Source: Vulcanimicrobiota bacterium
Lineage (GTDB): Bacteria > Vulcanimicrobiota > Xenobia > Xenobiales > JADMJV01
NCBI GenBank assembly: GCA_050250895.1
Contig: JBFWNU010000004.1
Span: 270,934-334,933, forward strand
Direction of reading: 5' to 3'
DNA: 64,000 bases
Part shown: piece after piece, positions 9,660 to 19,123 of the stretch
Layout: each line of letters starts with the position of its first letter
Position numbering within the stretch: the stretch's first letter is position 1
Made by a program: the position numbers and the translations under genes
The notes under the pieces: generated by a model
Told to the model about the DNA's origin: nothing
Databases searched by the model: none
What the model saw: only the letters and a program-made list of their open reading frames with translations

Positions 9660-9918
9660 GAGCGGAGCAAGCTCCGAGATGGGAGCGCTGGCTTCGCTTG
9701 CGCTCGCCAGCGAGTTAAAGCCTCGAATTGAGCGACAGCTCAATTCGCTCCCCTCTCCGGGCGCAGCCCGGCTCCCCTCTCAGCGGCAAAGCCGCTGCTC
9801 CCCTCTCCGGGCGCAGCCCGGCTCCCCTCTCCGGGCGCAGCCCGGCTCCCCTCTCAGCGGCAAAGCCGCTGCTCCCCTCTCGGCCGAAGGCCGCGGCTCC
9901 CCTCTCGGCCGAAGGCCG
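9617..9918. repeat. Array of about 12 mini-hairpins joined by CTCCCCTCT-type linkers, arranged head-to-head
   Basis: 7x CTCCCCTCT plus palindrome (9748-9918); reverse-oriented AGATRGGAG-linked hairpins at 9617-9712; central hairpin 9724-9747. Confidence 0.9.
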
Positions 9919-9923
9919 CGGCC

Positions 9924-10661
9924 CTAGAGGTAGGCGCCGACGATGTGGGGCATCATGGCGCGCCAGGTAGGCCAGTCGTGGCGCATGTCGTGACCCCAGA
10001 AGTCGACGTTGGCGGGCACGCCCTTGCTGTGCAGGGTGCCGCCCAGCCAGGCCGAGGCTTCGGGCTTTTCGTAGGCGCCCTGACCGGTCAGGATGTGGAT
10101 GTCGCGCTTGCGCTGCAGCATCGGCAGGTGGTGATCATCCCAGAGGTGAGGCAGATACTCGGCCACGTTGTTGAAGTAGATGTTCTCGTCGTGGTAGCCG
10201 TAGCTCTCGTAGTAATCCCGAATGTCATAGGCGCCGCTCATGGCAATGGTGCCGGCGAAGAGGTCGGGACGGCGCAACAGCTGGTTGACGGCGTGATAGG
10301 CACCCAGGCTGGCGCCGACCGTGATGATGCCGTGATTACCCTGGCAGCTGTGCCAGATATAGGGCACGACTTCCTCGGTGACATACCGGTTGAAAGCCTG
10401 CTGCAGCAACCCTTTGATGCGGGGATGGCAGTCTTTGTTGAGCCAGCCTTCGCGATTGATGCCGCCGATGGAGAAGACTTTGATCTTGCCGGCGTTGATG
10501 AACGGCTCGAGAAAGTCGATCATCAGGAAACGCTCGTGCTCGAGGAAGTCGGCCGCGGCCGTGGGGAAGAACAGCAACGGACGGCCGTAGTGACCGTAGG
10601 TGGCGATGTTCATTGGCATGTTGAGGTGGGGGCTTACCCAGCCATCGATGTGCTTGTTCAT
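9924..10661 (-). CDS. Putative esterase (alpha/beta hydrolase)
   Basis: YGHYGRPLLFFPT, GASLG nucleophile, MSGAYD, HDWPTW; ATG 10661 with GGAG SD. Confidence 0.9.
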   Translation of the reverse strand: MNKHIDGWVSPHLNMPMNIATYGHYGRPLLFFPTAAADFLEHERFLMIDFLEPFINAGKIKVFSIGGINREGWLNKDCHPRIKGLLQQAFNRYVTEEVVPYIWHSCQGNHGIITVGASLGAYHAVNQLLRRPDLFAGTIAMSGAYDIRDYYESYGYHDENIYFNNVAEYLPHLWDDHHLPMLQRKRDIHILTGQGAYEKPEASAWLGGTLHSKGVPANVDFWGHDMRHDWPTWRAMMPHIVGAYL

Positions 10662-10729
10662 TTTGTTCGATTCTCCGATAAAAAAGTGTGCAAGCACTAT
10701 ATCCCGATCTACGAAAAAGAACACCTATT

Positions 10730-11356
10730 CTAGGGAATTGGTGTAAAACTCGGCTCGGGAACGGCCGGGGTGTCTTGTTCGAACGGTCCCAGCATTGCCA
10801 GGTAATGGGGCTGGACGTAGAGCCAGCGAAAGGCGGCCAGGTCGCGAGCACTGAGCTCGGCGGCCTGGAGGTTGGGATAGCGCCGAGTCTGCATGACCCG
10901 GTACATCACGTCTTCGCGCCGGTCGGAATGGTCCAGGCCCAGGATGTGCCCAAGTTCTTGCAGCAGAATTTGAGCCAGGTTGCCAACCGGCAGGCGCCGG
11001 TCGGGGTCTATCGTCAGGCCGACGATGCGGGGGCGTGTTCCGTCGGTATTCCACCAGACGGCGGCCGCCTTGTCGGGGGGCAGGTTTCGACCGCTCCAGT
11101 CGATAACGAGCTGGGCCGACGAAGGAGAGTCGACCAGCGAGAACAGGTCAGGCATTCCGGCAGCATGGCCGGCCGCGTTCCAGGTGCGCACGCAGTGCAG
11201 AGTCACCTGAAAAAAGGCCGGATCGTTGGAGTACAGGCGCCAGGGCAAGGATTCAGGAGCCAGCCGGCACAGGCTGCCTCGGTGCTGGATGAACTCGTAG
11301 CCGGGGGGCTGGGCCCAGGCCGGCACGGTCAAAAGCACGAGCAGCAACCATCTCAC
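10730..11356 (-). CDS. Secreted matrixin-like (M10) protein with variant zinc motif
   Basis: Signal peptide; QELGHILGLDHS followed by Met-turn DVMY. Confidence 0.8.
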   Translation of the reverse strand: MRWLLLVLLTVPAWAQPPGYEFIQHRGSLCRLAPESLPWRLYSNDPAFFQVTLHCVRTWNAAGHAAGMPDLFSLVDSPSSAQLVIDWSGRNLPPDKAAAVWWNTDGTRPRIVGLTIDPDRRLPVGNLAQILLQELGHILGLDHSDRREDVMYRVMQTRRYPNLQAAELSARDLAAFRWLYVQPHYLAMLGPFEQDTPAVPEPSFTPIP

Positions 11357-11439
11357 CCCGACCCATTCAGGTCCGCCTCAAGCCGTCCCTCTGTCGGCGA
11401 GGTAGGGAGGCTAGCCCGGGCGCGAGAATGTGTGTGGGC

Positions 11440-12108
11440 ATGGTGGAGATTGTGCTGGTGCGCCATGCCCAGCCAAATTGGGAGCCGAACGGCAAGGCGG
11501 TCAACGACCCTTGCCTGACCGACTATGGTCAACAACAAGCCATCCAGCTGGCTTCGGCCCTGGAAGGAAAGGAATTTGACGCCTTCTACGTCAGCCCGCT
11601 GGTTCGGGCTCGCGAGACGGCGGCCCCGGTGGCAGAAGTGCTGGGGCGTCAGCCGAAAGTGTTGAGCTGGCTCGAAGAGATCCGTCTCCCCGACCTCGAG
11701 GGCAGCCCGGCCGACGAGGTCAAGCACATGCTCGAAGAGGCCCAGGCCCGCGATCTGATGGACTGGTGGGAGGGGTTGCCCGGGGGCGAGACGTTTCGGC
11801 ATTTCAACGAGAGAGTCTGTGGCGGGTTCGAGGACCTGCTCAGCAACCAGCACCGAGCCCGCATCCACGATCGTGGAGTGTACTCGGTCTGGGACCTACC
11901 AGAAGGCGAGCAACGTATCCTGATCGTCTGTCATCTCGGCACCATCTCGGTGTCTGTATCGCATTTGTTGGGCCTGGAGCCGGTGCCCTGGGCCTGGGAA
12001 CGATTTGCCATGGACTGGGCCGGCATTACCATCGTCCGGTCGGTTCCTTTGGCAGGGCGAGCCATTTGGGCTCTGAAGGCGTTTAATCAGGTGCATCACC
12101 TCCAATGA
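11440..12108 (+). CDS. Histidine phosphatase (phosphoglycerate mutase family)
   Basis: LVRHA, SPLVRARETA, LEE, GGET, IVCHLG. Confidence 0.9.
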   Translation: MVEIVLVRHAQPNWEPNGKAVNDPCLTDYGQQQAIQLASALEGKEFDAFYVSPLVRARETAAPVAEVLGRQPKVLSWLEEIRLPDLEGSPADEVKHMLEEAQARDLMDWWEGLPGGETFRHFNERVCGGFEDLLSNQHRARIHDRGVYSVWDLPEGEQRILIVCHLGTISVSVSHLLGLEPVPWAWERFAMDWAGITIVRSVPLAGRAIWALKAFNQVHHLQ

Positions 12109-12416
12109 CCGATCCAGCTTTTACCGAAGTCTTGTTTTGGGACCTGGGCGGCGGGGCCATCGCCGGCCTGGCCGTCGGCTACGCCATCAAACGGGCCAGT
12201 CGTTGGGCTCTGCTGGTGCTGGGTCTTTCTATCGTGGCTCTGTATGGCCTCAGCCAGACCGGCATGGTCAGCGTCCACTGGGACATCGTGGGCCAGGGCA
12301 TCGAGTCGGGCGCGCGCAGCGTGTCGGACTGGATCTGGGTGGCCTGCAAGGAGCTCAGCATCGCCATGATCGGGTTTGGCGGCGGTATGGCGGCCGGGCT
12401 CAAGATGAGCGCGTGA
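12105..12416 (+). CDS. FUN14 family membrane protein
   Basis: GGAIAGLAVGYAIK...G.VSVHW...GFGGG; ATGA overlap with upstream gene. Confidence 0.8.
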   Translation: MTDPAFTEVLFWDLGGGAIAGLAVGYAIKRASRWALLVLGLSIVALYGLSQTGMVSVHWDIVGQGIESGARSVSDWIWVACKELSIAMIGFGGGMAAGLKMSA

Positions 12417-13246
12417 AGCATCGAACTTTCGACCTCGGTTCGCTCTCGATGCACGCGGTGGAGGCGGGTGAGGGACCGCTGGTGCTGCTTTTGCACGGCT
12501 TTCCGGCCTGCTGGTATTCGTGGAAGGACCTCATCGAGCCGCTGTCTCGTCACTTTCGAGTGGTGGCTCCCGACCTGCGTGGCTATAACCTGAGCGATCG
12601 ACCGAAGGGGGTGCATCACTACACCACGGATGCCCTGGGCGAGGATATCGCCCGTCTGGTGCGGGCGCTGGGTGAGACCAGAGCCCATATCGTGGGGCAC
12701 GACTGGGGCGGCGCTCTGACCTGGAGCCTGGCTTCGACCCGGCCCAACCTGGTGGACAAAGTGGCCGTGCTCAACTGCCCGCATCCGGCGGCCATGCTCA
12801 GGCATCTGCGCACCAACCGAAGGCAACTCAAGCGTTCGTGGTATATCATGTTCTTTCAGCTGCCCCGACTGCCCGAGTGGGTCTTCTCGCGGCGGCAGAG
12901 CCAATTTGTCAAATTCGCCTTCGCCGCGCGACGGGGCACCTTCGAGGCCGAAGATCTCGAGCGTTATCGCGAGGCCATCTTCGCCCCCGGCGCCCTGACC
13001 GCAGCCATCAACTACTATCGGGCCGCCGGACGGCAACTGCTGGCGCCGGTGAAATATCCGCCCATCGCGGCTCCCTCTTTGCTGATCTGGGGTGAGCGCG
13101 ACAAAGCGCTGGGCAAAGAGCTGACCTTTGGCATGGAGCGCTACTTCTCGGGTGATTATCGGGTTGAGTATCTCGACGCCGGCCACTGGGTCCACAACGA
13201 GCAGCCCGAGCGGGTGCTTGAGCTACTCGGCAACTTCTTGACCTGA
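12413..13246 (+). CDS. Epoxide hydrolase-like alpha/beta hydrolase
   Basis: HGFP, PDLRGYNLS, GHDWGG, WGERD, GHWV; GTG start overlaps upstream stop. Confidence 0.92.
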   Translation: MKHRTFDLGSLSMHAVEAGEGPLVLLLHGFPACWYSWKDLIEPLSRHFRVVAPDLRGYNLSDRPKGVHHYTTDALGEDIARLVRALGETRAHIVGHDWGGALTWSLASTRPNLVDKVAVLNCPHPAAMLRHLRTNRRQLKRSWYIMFFQLPRLPEWVFSRRQSQFVKFAFAARRGTFEAEDLERYREAIFAPGALTAAINYYRAAGRQLLAPVKYPPIAAPSLLIWGERDKALGKELTFGMERYFSGDYRVEYLDAGHWVHNEQPERVLELLGNFLT

Positions 13247-13303
13247 CCATGATTTCACTCGGTGGTAACCCCTCCCGGGGACTTGTGGGCTACGATCGCA
13301 GTG

Positions 13304-13741
13304 ATGATTCAGATCAATCCGCGCCAATTCACCTCTCCCATTCGCTCTTCGGCCCCTCCTACGAGTGAAGCCCCCGAGGCTCCCGTCGGCGACAGCTTCG
13401 CCGCCCAGGAACCAGAAAAGAGCGGCGGCCATTGGAAGGCCGGCCTGATGCTGGGTGTGGCCGCCCTGGGCACGCTGGCCCTGGCCGGCTGCAGCGACGG
13501 CGGCGGCAGCCAGCCGGGCAGTAGCGTCTCGACCTCCCAGACCGGAGGCTCGGGAGTGACCGTCAACTCGGGCGGCCGAGTCGGCGTCGACGTGGGCAAT
13601 GGCGTCAGCGTCAACAGCGACGGCAGCGTTGGCTTTGATGTCGGGGGAGGCACCACCATCAACTCCAACGGTACGGTGGGCTTTGATGTGGGCGGCGGAG
13701 TGATCATCAACTCCGACGGCACCGTCGGTTTCAAGTTCTAG
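13304..13741 (+). CDS. Gly-rich repeat lipoprotein with N-terminal extension
   Basis: Lipobox LALAGC at about aa 60-65; four 16-aa GxxINSxGxVGFDVG repeats. Confidence 0.75.
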   Translation: MIQINPRQFTSPIRSSAPPTSEAPEAPVGDSFAAQEPEKSGGHWKAGLMLGVAALGTLALAGCSDGGGSQPGSSVSTSQTGGSGVTVNSGGRVGVDVGNGVSVNSDGSVGFDVGGGTTINSNGTVGFDVGGGVIINSDGTVGFKF

Positions 13742-15032
13742 TCAGCACTCGACGGGGCGAGACCCGCACCCGCAGCCCATGGCGCGGCCGTAGTGTGATG
13801 CCGGCTTTGAGTTCGAGCTTATGGTCGGGCACTTCGAAGCGCACTTTTTGGGCTAATGTAGCCAGCACCAGCACAGCTTCCATCCGGGCAAAACCCTCTC
13901 CGATACAGATTCGCGTGCCCCCGCCGAACGGGAAATAGGCGTAGCGGGCCGGACTACCCTGGGCCCAACGCTCGGGCACGAATTCGGTGGGCCGGTCGAA
14001 GTAGCGGGCATCGCGGTGAAGCAGCCACTGAGGGGCCAGCAGAATGGTGCCGGCCGGCACCTGGTAGGTTCCCCAATCGAGGTCCTCGAGACTGCGGCGA
14101 CCGACCATCCAGGCCGGCGGAAACAGGCGCAGCGTCTCATCGACCACCTGGCGAGTGTAGACCAGGTCGTGGTAGTCGTCGGAGCGAGCCCTTCTCTGGC
14201 CTAGCACGGTATCGACCTCGGCATGGAAGTTGGCGGCCGCGTCGGGGTTTTGGGCCAGCAGATAGATGGCGAAGGTCAGGGCGTTGGCAGTGGTTTCGTG
14301 GCCGGCCAGCAGCATGGTCATCACCTCGTCGCGCACCCGGGTCGGCTCGACTTCGGCCAGCAAAGCCACCAGACTATCCTGAGAGGCCCGACCCTGGCGA
14401 TGGGCCTCGAGAATCGATTCGACCACCTCGTCGAGTTCACGTCGAGCCTGGTCGAAGCGACGGACGGATGGTAGTGGAAGATGGCGCAATAAGGGAAAGA
14501 AGGGCATCGTGGTCAGCTGAAACTGCCCCAGCGCCTGCTCGAGCGCCCGGCCGATGCGCCGATGTTCATGCTCGAGGTCGGTGCCTAGCAGGGTGCGCGA
14601 GACGATGCCCAGAGCCAGGTCCATCATCACTCGGTGGATGTCTACCTGGCCCTCCAACTCCACGGCCAATCGCTGGGCACACTCGACCATGGTGTCGGCG
14701 TAGCCGGCGATGCGCTGGCGACGGAAGGCCGGTTGCACCAATCGGCGCTGATGCAGGTGGTCGTCGCCCTCGGCGGTCAGCAAGCCGTTGCCCAACAGCA
14801 CCCGTGTGTGTTGGAGGGCCCGACCCTTTTCAAACTGCTGGTGATGCCCGGTGAGAAGCTTCTCGACCAGTTCTGGCTGCGACAAGATCCAGACTTCGCG
14901 CCCGAACATTTGCAGCCGGCAGGCATCCGGATAGGCGGCCACCACCTGCTCGAGAAAGCCGAGCTGGTCTTTGGTCAGGCGCCGGAAGAGGTCGCCGGGA
15001 TAACGATTTCGGGGTCCATCTGGTTTGCTCAT
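13731..15032 (-). CDS. Cytochrome P450
   Basis: AGHETTA I-helix, ETLR, PERW, FGGGTRICIG heme motif. Confidence 0.97.
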   Translation of the reverse strand: MSKPDGPRNRYPGDLFRRLTKDQLGFLEQVVAAYPDACRLQMFGREVWILSQPELVEKLLTGHHQQFEKGRALQHTRVLLGNGLLTAEGDDHLHQRRLVQPAFRRQRIAGYADTMVECAQRLAVELEGQVDIHRVMMDLALGIVSRTLLGTDLEHEHRRIGRALEQALGQFQLTTMPFFPLLRHLPLPSVRRFDQARRELDEVVESILEAHRQGRASQDSLVALLAEVEPTRVRDEVMTMLLAGHETTANALTFAIYLLAQNPDAAANFHAEVDTVLGQRRARSDDYHDLVYTRQVVDETLRLFPPAWMVGRRSLEDLDWGTYQVPAGTILLAPQWLLHRDARYFDRPTEFVPERWAQGSPARYAYFPFGGGTRICIGEGFARMEAVLVLATLAQKVRFEVPDHKLELKAGITLRPRHGLRVRVSPRRVLTRT

Positions 15033-15130
15033 AGTCCCAGCCTAGCACCGAGACATCTACATTCTTGAGGAAAGTGTCCGCAAAATGTCCACGAGGAAGG
15101 AGGCGGCAGTCTGCTTTGGAAGTGGCCAGA

Positions 15131-16618
15131 ATGTTCGCTCCTCCGGTCGATTTCAACCTTGCCCATCATCTTCTCGACGCACGGGTCGAAGAAGGCAACG
15201 GCCAGCGAACGGCCATCCGCACCGACCACACCACCTATACCTACGCCCAGGTGCAGGCTCGCGCCAACCGGCTGGCCGCGGCCCTGGTGGAGGCCGGGCT
15301 GGCTCAAGAGCAACGCGTCATTCTGGCCCTTCCTGATGGCCTCGATTTCGTGGCCGGGCTGTTTGCCATCCTCAAGGCCGGGGGGGTGGTGGTCATGATC
15401 AACCCCGACCTGCCAGTGGCCGACCTGGAATATTTCTTCGAGTATTCCCGGGCTCCCCTGGCCCTGGTCCACTCCGGCCAGCAAGAGACCTTCGCCTCGG
15501 CGGCCGCGAGGGCCCGTCTGCTGGCCGCCGATCAACTCCCGGGCGAAGCCGAGTTCGCCAATCGTAAAACCCACCGCGACGACCCCGCTTTATGGATCTT
15601 TAGCGGGGGAACCACCGGCAAGCCGAAGGCGGCCGTGCAATCGCATCGTTCCTTCGCCAACACCACTTTTCATTACGGCCAACAGTTTCTGGGGCTGGGG
15701 CCCGACGACGTCACCCTGGCCATCCCCAAGCTCTATTTCGGCTATGCCACCGGTCTCAATCTCTTCTTCCCCTTCTCGGTGGGGGCCAGCTGTTGTCTGT
15801 TCGAGCAGCCATCGACCCCCGAGGCCATCTTCGAGCGCATCGACCGCCATCGCCCCACGCTGCTGGTCAACGTGCCCAAAATCATCCACCGCATGGCGGC
15901 CCATCCCCAGGCCCAGCAACACGATCTCAGCTGTCTGCGGTTGTGCACCAGCGCTGGCGAGGCTCTGCCTCCGGCCCTCTATAGCCTCTGGGTCGACACC
16001 TTCGGAGTCGAACTGGTCGACGGCCTGGGCACGGCCGAAATGTGGCATATCTTTCTCTCCAACAAGCCGGGACAGGTAAAGCCCGGTACCCTGGGCCAGG
16101 CCGTGCCAGGCTTTACCATCAAGCTCGCCGACGACGAGGGCGTGCCCGTGCCCCGAGGCGAGCTGGGCCGGCTCTGGGTCCGGGGCGATTCGCGGGCCAT
16201 CTGCTATTGGCAGCGGGCCGAAGAGAGCCACGAGGCCTTTCGTGGGCCGTGGTTTGCCTCGGGCGACAAGCTCTATGAAGACGAAGACGGCTATTTCGTC
16301 TATTGCGGCCGGGGCGACGACATGATGAAAGTGGGGGGCAAGTGGCTGGCTCCCCTCGAGGTCGAAGACTGCCTCTTGCGCCACCCAGCCGTGCGCGAGT
16401 GCGCCGTCGTGCCCGAAATCGACGAGGCCGGGCTCACCAAGCCCAAGGCCTTTGTGCTGGCCGCCGAAAACAGCGAGGGGCTGGCCGAAGAACTCAAGGC
16501 CCACACTCTCGAGCATCTCGAAGCCTACAAGCACCCCCGCTCGATCGTTTTTGTCGACGAGATGCCGCGGACCCACCTGGGCAAGATCGACAGGGCCCGG
16601 CTCAAGGCGATGGCATGA
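15131..16618 (+). CDS. Benzoate-CoA ligase family acyl-CoA synthetase
   Basis: FSGGTTGKPK, KLYFGYATG, SAGEALP, DGLGTAE, SGD, GRGDD, GKIDR. Confidence 0.9.
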   Translation: MFAPPVDFNLAHHLLDARVEEGNGQRTAIRTDHTTYTYAQVQARANRLAAALVEAGLAQEQRVILALPDGLDFVAGLFAILKAGGVVVMINPDLPVADLEYFFEYSRAPLALVHSGQQETFASAAARARLLAADQLPGEAEFANRKTHRDDPALWIFSGGTTGKPKAAVQSHRSFANTTFHYGQQFLGLGPDDVTLAIPKLYFGYATGLNLFFPFSVGASCCLFEQPSTPEAIFERIDRHRPTLLVNVPKIIHRMAAHPQAQQHDLSCLRLCTSAGEALPPALYSLWVDTFGVELVDGLGTAEMWHIFLSNKPGQVKPGTLGQAVPGFTIKLADDEGVPVPRGELGRLWVRGDSRAICYWQRAEESHEAFRGPWFASGDKLYEDEDGYFVYCGRGDDMMKVGGKWLAPLEVEDCLLRHPAVRECAVVPEIDEAGLTKPKAFVLAAENSEGLAEELKAHTLEHLEAYKHPRSIVFVDEMPRTHLGKIDRARLKAMA

Positions 16619-17970
16619 TCCACCTGGCTGCCGAGTCCACCTATCACCAGGGTCGTTTTCAGCCTGACCTGGTGGTCACCATCGAGGCCGGCCGGATCGT
16701 CGAGGTGGCCCCTCGAGCCGACCAGCGAGTCCAGCGCCTGGCCCGCCGAGCACTGCTACCCGGGTTAGTGAATGCCCATAGCCATGCCTTTCAGCGGGCC
16801 ATCCGGGGGCGCACCGAGTTTCGGGATCCGGCCCGGCCCAGCGACGATTTCTGGAGCTGGCGCGAGTGCATGTACGCGGCCGCCCGTAGTCTTTCGCCCG
16901 AAGAGGTCGAGGCCGTCTCGCGCATGGCGTTCGTCGAGATGGTCCTCGCGGGCATCACCGCGGTGGGCGAGTTTCACTACCTCCATCACCAGCCCGATGG
17001 AACCCCCTATGACGACCCCAATGAACTTTCCCACCGCGTCCTGAGCGCGGCCGAATCGGCCGGGCTGGCTCCGGTTCTGTTGAAGGTCGCCTACGCCCGC
17101 GCAGGCTTTGGCAAAGAACCCAATCCCGGCCAGGCCCGCTTTCTGGCCCCCGATGTCGACACCTATCTCGACCACCTCGAGCGCCTGCGCCGGGCCGGCC
17201 ACGCCGTCGGCGTCACTCCCCACAGCGTGCGCGCCGTGCCGGCGGATTGGCTAACGCCCCTGGGCGAATATGCCGAGCGTCACGACCTGCCCTTTCACAT
17301 TCACGTGAGCGAGCAACCCCGCGAAATCGAGGAGTGCCAGGCCGAACATGGTCTTCGGCCCATCCAACTGCTGGCCGAGCGAGGCTTGCTGAGCCCGCGC
17401 TTCGTGGGCGTCCATGCCATCCACCTCGAGCCAGACGAGGTCGAGGCGCTGGGCCAGACCGGCTCGCGGGTCTGCTCTTGTCCGACCACCGAGCGCAACC
17501 TGGGCGACGGAGTGGTGCCCGCCGACCAGCTCTACGAGGCCGGAGCCGGATTCTGCTTTGGCAGCGACTCCAACGCCCAGATCGATCTGCTCGAAGACGC
17601 CCGCCAACTGGATTATCACCTGCGCCTGGTGCACCTGCAGCGAGCCGTGCTGGGACAGGGCCAGGATCTGGCCGGGCGACTGTTCGAGGCGGCCACAGCC
17701 GGCGGCGCCCAGGGGCTGGGGCTCGAGGCCGGCCGAATCGAGCCAGGCCTGTGGGCCGACCTGGTAGCCGTCGACCTTGACGACCCGTCCATCGTGGGCG
17801 CCTCGGACGAAGACCTGCTTTCGACCATCGTCTTTTCGCTGGAGCGGACCGCCGTCAAGGAGGTTTGGTGTCGAGGCCGGCAGGTGGTGAGCGAAGGGCA
17901 TCATCCTCGCGCCCGCGAGGCGGGGCAGGCCTTTAGCCGCGTGATGCGCCGGCTGACCCGACCGGGATAG
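16615..17970 (+). CDS. hutF: Formimidoylglutamate deiminase
   Basis: NAHSHAFQRA, DFWSWRE, GEFHYLHH, PHSVRAV, HIHVSEQ, CPTTERNLGDG, GSDS. Confidence 0.93.
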   Translation: MIHLAAESTYHQGRFQPDLVVTIEAGRIVEVAPRADQRVQRLARRALLPGLVNAHSHAFQRAIRGRTEFRDPARPSDDFWSWRECMYAAARSLSPEEVEAVSRMAFVEMVLAGITAVGEFHYLHHQPDGTPYDDPNELSHRVLSAAESAGLAPVLLKVAYARAGFGKEPNPGQARFLAPDVDTYLDHLERLRRAGHAVGVTPHSVRAVPADWLTPLGEYAERHDLPFHIHVSEQPREIEECQAEHGLRPIQLLAERGLLSPRFVGVHAIHLEPDEVEALGQTGSRVCSCPTTERNLGDGVVPADQLYEAGAGFCFGSDSNAQIDLLEDARQLDYHLRLVHLQRAVLGQGQDLAGRLFEAATAGGAQGLGLEAGRIEPGLWADLVAVDLDDPSIVGASDEDLLSTIVFSLERTAVKEVWCRGRQVVSEGHHPRAREAGQAFSRVMRRLTRPG

Positions 17971-19014
17971 CCTGAGCAGCCCCCGAAGAGCCGATGACCT
18001 CGGCCACCTCGTCGGGGTCAAAGCCCAGAATGGGCAAGTTGCTACCGGTGGCCAGCAGCTCCTGGCGCGAACGGTTTTGGTAGAACTCGTGGCTGACCAC
18101 GGCCAGACGCGGTTTCAAGGCCGGCAGACCGGTGCTCTCGAGTCGACGGTTGACCGAGTCGAGATAGGCCTTGATGGTCAAAGCGGTGGGAGCGGCCTGA
18201 GTCAGGCCCGCCGCGAAGTGAGCGGCGGGAACTTCGTTGCCGCGGGCATCGAGCCTGCCTTCGGCGCGCTCGACCACCTCCCTGAGATCGGTCACCAACC
18301 GGGCCAGAAAGGCTTTGAACTCGTCGCCGCTGGTGGCGGCCTGCAGTCCACCCAGGCCGCCCACCTCGATCAGCACCCAGGCTGGAGTGGCCACCCGGCG
18401 GAGCTTGCGACGAGGACGTGGTCGCGGCTCGGCCACCGCTTCGGGAGCGGGCGGTGCCTCGGGCCGTTCGACCCCGAGCAGAACCAGCGCGGCCAGCAAC
18501 CCCCCCAGGTGGACCGCCCACAGTGACGGTTGATAGAGGCAAAGGATGACCAGACAGAGTCCCGCCGAGACCAGCACACCGACGCGATAGAGGCGTAACC
18601 CGGCATAGCCCAACCAGACGGCCAGTAGAGTCGTGGCCAGCCAGCCCGGCAACGGATGAGGCAAGCCGTAAAGGACGGCGCCCAGCATCATGGGTTCTCC
18701 AACCGCCAGCGTCAGCTCGACCGGTTGGGTTCGCCTGGGAACCGTGCGACTGACGGCATAAGCATAGATGGCGAACAGAAAAGCCAGCAAAGTGACGGTG
18801 CAAGAAACGAAGCCGGCCTCGAAGCGATGACCGCGGATCCAATCGCCGAGATTGGCCGAGAAAACAGCGGCCACCACCCCGCCCACAGCGGCGTAGTAGC
18901 GTGGTTCCACCTGGCGTGGGGCTAGGCCAGCACCCACCACAGCAGGCCCAAAAGAGCGACCACATAGAAGACCTGAAAGATCTTGAGGTCGGTCTCTAGC
19001 TCGGGACGATCCAT
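17933..19014 (-). pseudogene. Membrane protein with degenerate class III nucleotide-cyclase-like C-terminus; apparent frameshift near 18940
   Basis: ATG 19014 gives MDRPELETDLKIFQVFYVVALLGLL then TAG at 18922; hydrophobic sequence continues in another frame from about 18940. Confidence 0.55.
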
Positions 19015-19123
19015 TCTTTGAATCTACCTCAACTTCTGACTCGTGTCTACGAGACTACCATGTCCGACTGAAAGCGACCTGAAACAGAGAGGTTCCCTGC
19101 TTCACCGGCGGGAAACAGTAGCG

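Noticed and set aside
9748-9918. CRISPR array
   Set aside because: The repeat is only 9 nt, the spacers are 15-17 nt palindromes that recur, and there are no cas genes.
18922-18924. TAG readthrough (pyrrolysine or recoding)
   Set aside because: The membrane-protein sequence continues in a different frame, so a frameshift explains it better; TAG ends many other genes normally.
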